NCBI GenBank assembly: GCA_004375695.1
Contig: SOKQ01000037.1
Span: 1 to 44,178, forward strand
Length of the DNA: 44,178 nt
Direction: 5' to 3'
DNA from: Hadesarchaea archaeon
GTDB lineage: Archaea; Hadarchaeota; Hadarchaeia; Hadarchaeales; Hadarchaeaceae
Every line of letters starts with the position of its first letter. Positions within the stretch are counted from its first letter, which is position 1. The translations under genes were made by a program, and so were the position numbers. Below are positions 36,793 through 42,999 of the stretch, piece after piece. The notes under the pieces are model-generated. The model was given only the letters and a program-made list of their open reading frames with translations. It was not told where the DNA came from and ran no database searches.

Positions 36793-37207
36793 GCGAAAGC
36801 CCCCGTACTTCCAGAAAATATCCGTCTTCGCTATCACGGAGTTCGATCGTGTAGCTCCCGGCACCGATTTCGAAGCCCCCGCCGTCCAGCACAACTGAGA
36901 GCGGTAGAATCTCGCTTCGCAGTATTTCCTCACCGTAAGTTAGCTGCACGAGGTTCATATCGACGACGAGCTTGCCCCCGTTCAGCCCGAGCTCGATCTG
37001 CCGTATGCTGCCGATGCCACCAGCGCTGGCCATGCGAGCCTGCTCAACGAATGAGTTGAAGCTCTCGATCGCGTGCTGTCGTTCACCAAGCCTTTGTGCT
37101 CGGTCAAGGCAAGCGGTGCCGATCGCCAGCGTAGATGCAGCTAGCACGGCACCGAGTAGCAGCACTACCGGCAGGGACTCGACGCCCTTAGCGTTGCGTC
37201 GCGTCAT
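36785..37207 (-). CDS. prepilin-like (class III signal peptide-like) protein
   Basis: 140 aa. N-terminus MTRRNAKG|VESLPVVLLLGAVLAASTLAIG. Confidence 0.55.
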   Translation of the reverse strand: MTRRNAKGVESLPVVLLLGAVLAASTLAIGTACLDRAQRLGERQHAIESFNSFVEQARMASAGGIGSIRQIELGLNGGKLVVDMNLVQLTYGEEILRSEILPLSVVLDGGGFEIGAGSYTIELRDSEDGYFLEVRGLSHK

Positions 37208-37212
37208 GCTTA

Positions 37213-37599
37213 CTACCTTGTTCTATGAACTGCAGCTTCCCCTTCCCACGGGATGTAGCCGCTATGCGTTACGCGCACTGTTACTACGGTGTACGATTTT
37301 GCTTCCATGGGTATGGTGAAGGTGTACTGGTTCGAGTTCGTCCCTAGCGTGTGGGCTTTCATACCCCCAAGATACTTTACCACGACGGTCGCCCCTCCTA
37401 GGGCATCGCCGCTCGCGGCGTCATACACCCGGACGGTCAGTCGATTGCTCGAAGTGCTAAAGGTCACTTTCATGTCTTTGAACACCGTTCGTTCGGCCGT
37501 GCCCACGAACTGCGTCAGCACGCCCATCGCCATGGTTCCGATCACTAGCGCCATCACCAGCTTTATCGGCACTCCCATGAGCTGTCCTTTCTCTTCCAT
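37213..37599 (-). CDS. prepilin-like protein with C-terminal beta-sandwich (carboxypeptidase-regulatory-like) domain
   Basis: Start placed at ATG 37599 (MEEKGQ|LMGVPIKLVMALVIGTMAMGVL). The C-terminus LTVRVYDAASGDALGGATVVVK...YTFTIP...VRVTHSGYIPWEGE resembles CarboxypepD_reg-type Ig folds. First gene of the operon. Confidence 0.55.
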   Translation of the reverse strand: MEEKGQLMGVPIKLVMALVIGTMAMGVLTQFVGTAERTVFKDMKVTFSTSSNRLTVRVYDAASGDALGGATVVVKYLGGMKAHTLGTNSNQYTFTIPMEAKSYTVVTVRVTHSGYIPWEGEAAVHRTR

Positions 37600-37629
37600 C
37601 TCTCCCGCCGAGGCTTTGGGTGAAGGTTG

Positions 37630-37637
37630 TTTATAAA
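37630..37637 (-). promoter_or_regulatory. TATA-like box (TTTATAAA) for the prepilin-like operon
   Basis: Lies 31-38 nt upstream of ATG 37599, inside the TTG-extended version of the track ORF. Confidence 0.35.
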
Positions 37638-37709
37638 GACGCAAATTTTAACCATGGACGCCCAGCCGACAATCGTTTATGGGCGCGCGGTTATTTTGAA
37701 GCGAATAAT

Positions 37710-37979
37710 ATGTCGGGGACCTACTACGTTTACCTTCTGAAGAGCCTGAAGGACGAAAAGTTTTACACGGGGCAGACCACCGACCTCAAAAATCGTCTTG
37801 CGCAGCACAATCGCGGCAGGGTGCGTTCGACCACGGCAAGACGACCATTCAAACTCGTCTACTGGGAGTCTCTCGAAACGCGCAGCGCCGCAATGAAACG
37901 TGAGCGCAGGTTGAAATCACTCAAACACGCTGATAAACTGAAGCTGGTTAAAGTGTTCGAACGAGGCAAAATAGGTTAG
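37710..37979 (+). CDS. stand-alone GIY-YIG nuclease-domain protein (UPF0213/YhbQ-like)
   Basis: Start placed at ATG 37710. YYVYLLKS...FYTGQTTDLKNRLAQHN matches the GIY-(10-11)-YIG core followed by the conserved R and E. Confidence 0.8.
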   Translation: MSGTYYVYLLKSLKDEKFYTGQTTDLKNRLAQHNRGRVRSTTARRPFKLVYWESLETRSAAMKRERRLKSLKHADKLKLVKVFERGKIG

Positions 37980-38021
37980 ACATATTTTTTAATCTCCAAA
38001 GTAATCTAATCTGGGGTTGAG

Positions 38022-38522
38022 TTGGGAGAAAGAGCTCTAAGTTGGGGCCTAAGACTTCTAGGGATAGCTCTGTTTGTAGGCCCATTTATTGCAGCATTTG
38101 CAGTTCACAATTGGGATCTTAAGGCGACGGTGATGCCCAGCCAAGAGGAAATGGATGAGATAACGGAAACGATTAGTGGGCTGTTTGGTGAGGGGTTCTC
38201 AGAAGACACGTTTACAATCGGAACCCCAACATCTTCCGGCAACACGATTAGGATACCGGTAAGGCTCACATCCCCCCTCAATCTGCCAATTAAGATCACA
38301 GATCTCTCCCTTACTATGTCCGACCAAGGCGTAGAAGTGGCTCAAGTGGAGATGGAGGAGACAGAGGTAGAGATTCCCGCCAATGGAACGGTGGATTTTA
38401 CATTAATTGGGCCGTACACGGGAACACTCCCAACTGATCCACAGCCCACCGACGTGAACATAACATTTGAGGCGTACGGCGTAACTTTACAGATGCAGGT
38501 GGGGCAGGGTGGGGAGGTTTAG
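38022..38522 (+). CDS. N-terminally anchored protein with beta-rich ectodomain (weak LEA14/LEA_2-like pattern)
   Basis: 166 aa with one N-terminal transmembrane helix (LRLLGIALFVGPFIAAFAV) followed by alternating beta-type sequence. Family call is tentative. Confidence 0.45.
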   Translation: MGERALSWGLRLLGIALFVGPFIAAFAVHNWDLKATVMPSQEEMDEITETISGLFGEGFSEDTFTIGTPTSSGNTIRIPVRLTSPLNLPIKITDLSLTMSDQGVEVAQVEMEETEVEIPANGTVDFTLIGPYTGTLPTDPQPTDVNITFEAYGVTLQMQVGQGGEV

Positions 38523-38523
38523 G

Positions 38524-39153
38524 ATGGAAACTAGCCCCCCTGAGACCAGCAGGCCAAAGAGGCGCTTACCGCCGATGAACTGGTTTGGCTTGGTCGCGGG
38601 CGCGTTGATGCTGTTACTACCGTTTCTCGGCCCGTGGTGGCGCGCCACGGTCGGGACCGGGGCGATGGACATTGCGCTCTCCCCCTTCGACTACAGCATA
38701 AGTTTGTTGGGGCAGTCAATTTCGTCGACATTGGTAGGATACTTCCTCTTGGCGGCTAAACTCTCGGTCATAATTGGTGGGGTGCTGATGATCGCCGGCT
38801 CCGTGGGGCCCAAGCGATGGTGGGGAAGGCGCTTGGTTCGGTTCGGGGCGATGAAGGTGTTTTGGATGGTCATCGGGTTAATAGCGTTGTTGCTGTTAGG
38901 GGCTTTTTTCCTGGAAAGCATCTTGCCAAACCTGATGTCGGGAATGGTTGAGGGTGGGACGATGCAGTTTAACGTCCCCTATGTGGAAGGGGTCGCGACA
39001 TCGACGATCCAGATGGGGGACGCAGCCACGATTACCGCGCCGATAACAGCATCGCTCACCGAGATTTTCTGGGTGGCAATATTGGTGGCGGCTCTCGGGA
39101 TTGCGGCGAGGATTTACCACCGAAGGTTAGTGAAGCCGGAGAAACCCAAATAA
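38524..39153 (+). CDS. hypothetical polytopic membrane protein
   Basis: Start placed at ATG 38524, 1 nt after the upstream TAG, with GGGGAGGT upstream. About 5 hydrophobic helices and no recognised motif. Confidence 0.45.
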   Translation: METSPPETSRPKRRLPPMNWFGLVAGALMLLLPFLGPWWRATVGTGAMDIALSPFDYSISLLGQSISSTLVGYFLLAAKLSVIIGGVLMIAGSVGPKRWWGRRLVRFGAMKVFWMVIGLIALLLLGAFFLESILPNLMSGMVEGGTMQFNVPYVEGVATSTIQMGDAATITAPITASLTEIFWVAILVAALGIAARIYHRRLVKPEKPK

Positions 39154-39210
39154 CGGATTTTGTATAGTGCGGAGGCTGGCTTTAGTGTTCAAACTAGCGA
39201 AATCACTGTC

Positions 39211-40284
39211 TTAGTTGCCAAGTTTCTTGATTCTTGGGAAATTCCTAATCCCGGATAACATCAGGATTCCCATTACTCCGCTCCTCGCCAGTTTCCCGGT
39301 CCACCGGATTGGGAGATCTCCCGCTCTCAACCTCGCATTTGGCATGGCTTTTGTGATCCATTGCTTGCTCCTCTCAATTCCCGATCTGGGCAGCTCTTCT
39401 GAAGGGCCGACTAGCAGGGACAAAACGTTTTTCACATTTTTCATGTCGCATTGGGCAGTGGTCCTTGCAGATGCGTTGATGATAGCCATCTCGCACCTGG
39501 TCGTGATATCGAGCCTGTCGATCGATGTTTTCTTCCTGAAGATAGACAGGAACCTTCTCGGAGCTCTTACCTCTGACCATCCAAGCACGGAAAAGCCGTC
39601 TAGTGTCGCCATGATGTCTGAAGCGTCAACCACCTTAATGCCGACCTTCTTTCCCGTGGTTTCTCCTGCCTGCAACAAAAATGGAAAAGCCCTCGCGAGT
39701 TCGTAATTCATCATTTGATAACTTTTCTTTAAGGATACTCCATCCGTGCTCCAGATTTCATTGTCGAATAAGATTATGCCGTCGGTCACTTTTTTCAACT
39801 CGTTGATAGTTCGTGCTGCATTAGCCTCCATCAATTTCCCCTCGGCCTTGCTCGGCAGGACTCCGATGACGTGCACCGGCAGCTCGTAGGTGTCTGCGAG
39901 TTCCTCGGCCAGAGCTGGTGCGCTGCCCGATCCAGTTCCACCCCCTAGTCCGATTGCGATCAAAAACGAATCGAGGTGGTAAGTTTCTTCCGTCCCGATC
40001 TCCCGCTTGACCGAACTCAATTCCTGCTTTATTATCCGTTTACTAACATTTCGCTTCAGCCCGACCCCGTGACCTCTCGCTGTCGTTTGGCCTATGAGGA
40101 TCCTGTTTTTTTTCGGCACTCTTTTCAACCCCATTAGGTCAGACTTAGCCGTATTAATCGCAAAAGAAAACGGGACCACTTTTTCTGAGACTTTTACATT
40201 TTTCTCAACACTTTCTAAAAGCGAATCTGTTATCCGCCCTCCAGCTTGTCCGATTCCAATAATGCCTACCCTCATTGACTTCAC
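39211..40284 (-). CDS. tubulin/FtsZ superfamily GTPase, CetZ-like
   Basis: 357 aa. N-terminus GIIGIGQAGGRITD and the tubulin-type signature GLGGGTGSGSAP (GGGTGSG rather than the FtsZ GGGTGTG). Also has LPSKAEG...NAAR and ILFDNE segments, as in CetZ. Confidence 0.75.
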   Translation of the reverse strand: MKSMRVGIIGIGQAGGRITDSLLESVEKNVKVSEKVVPFSFAINTAKSDLMGLKRVPKKNRILIGQTTARGHGVGLKRNVSKRIIKQELSSVKREIGTEETYHLDSFLIAIGLGGGTGSGSAPALAEELADTYELPVHVIGVLPSKAEGKLMEANAARTINELKKVTDGIILFDNEIWSTDGVSLKKSYQMMNYELARAFPFLLQAGETTGKKVGIKVVDASDIMATLDGFSVLGWSEVRAPRRFLSIFRKKTSIDRLDITTRCEMAIINASARTTAQCDMKNVKNVLSLLVGPSEELPRSGIERSKQWITKAMPNARLRAGDLPIRWTGKLARSGVMGILMLSGIRNFPRIKKLGN

Positions 40285-40430
40285 CTCTATTAATTTATCA
40301 AACGGTTTTTCACGGCGAAGTATAAAAAGATAACGGAGAAACGAAGATTAAAATTTCCATGCTAAGCGTTATCAGTCCTAGTCATATTTGCTCAATAGGC
40401 AAGAATCTTGTTCATTTTGCATATTTTTGG

Positions 40431-40527
40431 TGGTGCGACCGGATAGGTACAAACTAGCGTTCAAATCTTTCAGACGATTTTGGGCAAGAATCAGGCAAGA
40501 TTTAGGCAGGATTTTTGCCCAATATTA
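40431..40527 (+). repeat. repeat unit R1 (~97 bp): tRNA-3'-end-like head plus three 11-bp phased iterons
   Basis: The head is tggtgcgaccggatagg. Iterons are ggcaagaatca (40483-93), ggcaagattta (40494-504) and ggcaggatttt (40505-15), followed by tgcccaatatt. Homologous to 40752-40848. Confidence 0.7.
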
Positions 40528-40751
40528 AAAGTAGGCGCCGACCCCCGCTACGGCAACGATGACGACTATCTCGGCTGCCTTTATGGTCTTGCTCATCCCT
40601 TTTTCTTTCACCGACTTGCCCCAATCTAAATCTGTCAAGTATCAATAAAAACCTAACACGAGAGCCACGGATTGCCTGTCCTGATCCGTTGAAGCTCCTG
40701 CTAGAATACCTCTCAAAAATAAAAGGGTAGGGTAAGTTAACGGCATCAAGA

Positions 40752-40848
40752 TGGTGCGGCAGGATAGGTTACTTCTAGCGTTTAAATCTTTCATGCAATT
40801 TTCCGGCAAAAATTTGGCAAGGTTCAGGCAAGATTTTTGCTCAATATT
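40752..40848 (+). repeat. repeat unit R2 (~98 bp), same architecture as R1
   Basis: The head is tggtgcggcaggatagg. Iterons are ggcaaaaattt (40805-15), ggcaaggttca (40816-26) and ggcaagatttt (40827-37), followed by tgctcaatatt. By eye it is roughly three quarters identical to R1 with one 1-nt indel. Confidence 0.7.
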
Positions 40849-40954
40849 AGATCTCGCTTGGATTCACATGAAGCGAAAATTTGGAGCATGAGCGACAAGA
40901 AGATCGTGCGGTGAGGAACGAGCTGCGGTTCCTGCTAGCACCGAAGATTGAGGG

Positions 40955-40991
40955 TGTAGTACGTAACTTTAAATACCTGTAGTACGTAACT
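40955..40991 (+). promoter_or_regulatory. two direct copies of TGTAGTACGTAACT flanking a TTTAAATA box; candidate promoter and operator of the small-protein/Doc-like operon
   Basis: Identical 14-mers lie at 40955-40968 and 40978-40991, each containing the palindromic core TACGTA. A TATA-like box sits at 40968-40975. The GTG start at 41000 lies ~25 nt downstream, so the mRNA would be leaderless or nearly so. Confidence 0.5.
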
Positions 40992-40999
40992 AATAACGG

Positions 41000-41260
41000 G
41001 TGTATACCGTGGTGCATGTCAGGCTAAGGACGATTAAAGGCAACAAGTACCTTTACCTCTACGCGTCCGAGCGCATCGGCGGCAGGCCCAAGTCCAAATA
41101 CATCGCCTACTTGGGTCGGGTGGGATCGAACGCGGTGAAAAGGCTGCCGAGGAAGTACAAGTCCAGCGAGCTAGTGGAGCAGGTCAGGGCGCTCGAGTTC
41201 GACACGAGACTGGACGAGATACTCAGAGACTGGCACGACATACTGGTGAGGCTCGGATGA
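41000..41260 (+). CDS. small basic protein, candidate antitoxin/regulator partner of the Doc-like protein
   Basis: 86 aa with a GTG start. The N-terminal beta-hairpin-like KGNKYLYLYASERIGGRPKSKYIAYLGRV is followed by a helical acidic C-terminus. Its stop overlaps the next ATG (ATGA). Confidence 0.5.
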   Translation: MYTVVHVRLRTIKGNKYLYLYASERIGGRPKSKYIAYLGRVGSNAVKRLPRKYKSSELVEQVRALEFDTRLDEILRDWHDILVRLG

Positions 41261-41721
41261 AGTCCATATCCGACCGCCTGAAGGTGGAGGAAATACTCAA
41301 TATCAACCAAAAGCTTGCCAGACACGACGTTCCATACACAGGCTCTGAGGATTATCCCGTTAGAAGGGAAAAGGTGGAACGCTTGGTCAAGAACGTCCCG
41401 GCCCAGAGCCCGATTAGTGTTGCGGCATACTACCTCAAGAACCTAACCCTCCTGCAGCCGTTTCCAGATGCCAACCATCGGACTGGACTAATCGCGGCGC
41501 GGATGTATTTGGAACGAAAGGGGTATCGCTTTGACTTTACGGAGGATGAGGCAGAACAGCTGAGGGATCAGATGCTGAACCTGCAGTTCAAGCTCTATGG
41601 CACCTACGAGGAGCTGTCAGAAGTTGTAACCACAGAACCCGACAACGAGATCTTCCGCCTGTGCCGCGATTGCATAAAAAAACACGCAATGCGAGCCCGT
41701 CCTAAGACTCGACCGAAGTAA
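41257..41721 (+). CDS. Fic/Doc-family protein with a degenerate active-site motif
   Basis: 154 aa. The core LLQPFPDANHRTGLIAARMYLERKGY aligns to the Doc motif HxFx(D/N)(A/G)NKR, but the catalytic His position is Gln (CAG, 41455-41457). Confidence 0.65.
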   Translation: MKSISDRLKVEEILNINQKLARHDVPYTGSEDYPVRREKVERLVKNVPAQSPISVAAYYLKNLTLLQPFPDANHRTGLIAARMYLERKGYRFDFTEDEAEQLRDQMLNLQFKLYGTYEELSEVVTTEPDNEIFRLCRDCIKKHAMRARPKTRPK

Positions 41722-41738
41722 ATGCTGTTTTAAAAATT

Positions 41739-41780
41739 TGGTGCGGCCGGATAGATGGCTTCTATCGTTTTGAAAGATTT
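41739..41780 (+). repeat. repeat head R3 (third copy of the tRNA-3'-end-like head)
   Basis: The sequence tggtgcggccggatagatggcttctatcg matches the R1/R2 heads. It contains the hairpin GATAG-atggctt-CTATC (41750-41766). An inverted iteron-like gcaagat lies at 41858-41864. It sits 147 bp from the tRNA 3' end. Confidence 0.6.
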
Positions 41781-41886
41781 AAACCTAGATCAAAAATCGA
41801 AAGTATGACAAAAAATAAGCGAGGATTATGCGCTTTATTTGCCCAAGATATGCCAATATCTTGCACTTCAGCATGTTAAGAAAAAG

Positions 41887-41960
41887 TGCGGCCGGCGGGA
41901 TTCGAACCCGCGCTACAGGCTTGGAGGGCCTGAGTCCTGACCAGGCTGGACCACGGCCGC
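41887..41960 (-). tRNA. tRNA, most likely tRNA-Gly(UCC); no encoded CCA
   Basis: Hand-folded cloverleaf of 74 nt: acceptor GCGGCCG/CGGCCGC, D arm GUCC-AGCCUGGUCA-GGAC, anticodon arm CAGGC-CCUCCAA-GCCUG, variable UAGC, T arm GCGGG-UUCGAAU-CCCGC, discriminator A. Followed by a T5 run. Confidence 0.8.
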
Positions 41961-42008
41961 ACAATAACTATTTGTGGTGGGAATAAGAATTAAGCTTCTT
42001 GGGATAGC

Positions 42009-42995
42009 ATGCGAGCGATTGTTACAAATGGCCTAACCCGAGAATTCAATGGTTTAACCGCGGTCGACCATGTAGATCTCCAGATAGAAAAAGGCGAGCT
42101 CTTTGGTCTCCTCGGTCCTAACGGTGCGGGGAAGACGACTCTCATTCACATGCTCTGCACGATTCTCCCACCAACGGAGGGCACGGCGAAGGTCGCGGGC
42201 TTTGGTATAGGCAAAAAACCAGATTCGGTTCGGGCGTCGATAGGGATAGTATTCCAAGACCCTTCCCTTGACAACCGCCTCACTGGTAAGGAAAACCTAG
42301 ATTTCCACGGGCGGGTTTACGGGATGAGTAAAACTCTGAGGGAGAAGCGGATCGACGAAGTTTTGAAGTTAGTTGGGTTAGAGGACCGTGCGAATGCTTT
42401 GGTTCAAACTTACTCGAGTGGGATGAGGCGAAGGCTTGAGATAGCTAGGAGTTTCATGCATCACCCGAAAATAATGTTCTTGGACGAGCCCACCCTCGGG
42501 CTAGACCCCCAGACGCGCAGGAAGATTTGGGAACACATCCAGATGCTTAACAAGCAGGAGAAGATCACGATCTTGCTCACGACGCACTACATGGATGAAG
42601 CCGATTATCTCTGCGACCGCGTGGGCATCATCGATCACGGTAGAATCATAGTGTTGGACAAGCCCAAGAAGCTCAAGGATCAGCTCGAAGGCGACATCGT
42701 CTCCCTTGAAGTTCCTCAGCCGAAAAAGTACGCTGATGTCTTTCGAGAGAGGAAGTACGTGAAAGAGGTGAAAATAGTAGGGGATTATTTGTATCTCACG
42801 GTCACGGGCGGCGAGAAGGCTGTCCCAAAGCTGATAGATATCGTCGCGAGGCATGGGGGCAAGGTGCGCTCAGTTGGATGCAGGAGCCCGACGCTGGAAG
42901 ATGTTTTCATTCGCTATACAGGCAGGGGCATCCGCGAAGAGGAAGGCGGGATAAAGGAGCAAATGCGAGCGCATATGAGAGCCCACATGAGGTGA
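42009..42995 (+). CDS. ABC transporter ATP-binding protein (ABC-2 / DrrA-like)
   Basis: 328 aa. Has Walker A GPNGAGKTT, the signature YSSGMRRRL and Walker B IMFLDEPTLGLD. Confidence 0.9.
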   Translation: MRAIVTNGLTREFNGLTAVDHVDLQIEKGELFGLLGPNGAGKTTLIHMLCTILPPTEGTAKVAGFGIGKKPDSVRASIGIVFQDPSLDNRLTGKENLDFHGRVYGMSKTLREKRIDEVLKLVGLEDRANALVQTYSSGMRRRLEIARSFMHHPKIMFLDEPTLGLDPQTRRKIWEHIQMLNKQEKITILLTTHYMDEADYLCDRVGIIDHGRIIVLDKPKKLKDQLEGDIVSLEVPQPKKYADVFRERKYVKEVKIVGDYLYLTVTGGEKAVPKLIDIVARHGGKVRSVGCRSPTLEDVFIRYTGRGIREEEGGIKEQMRAHMRAHMR

Positions 42996-42999
42996 TGAG

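Noticed and set aside
36778-36933. Long version of the third prepilin-like ORF starting at ATG 36933
   Set aside because: It would overlap the preceding gene by 149 nt. The extension (MRKYCEARFYRSQLCWTAGASKS...) is Cys/Arg-rich and unlike a leader. Shorter starts at 36792 (ATA) or 36777 (GTG) fit the operon spacing.
41820-41831. 12-mer gaggattatgcg shared with 25893-25904
   Set aside because: By a rough estimate, on the order of a hundred chance 12-mer matches are expected between two strands of a 44-kb window. There is no extended similarity around the match.
42960-42995. Tandem MRAHMRAHMR at the C-terminus of the ABC ATPase
   Set aside because: It is a short 12-nt duplication at the very end of a normal ABC protein, most simply explained by replication slippage. 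No functional inference is warranted.
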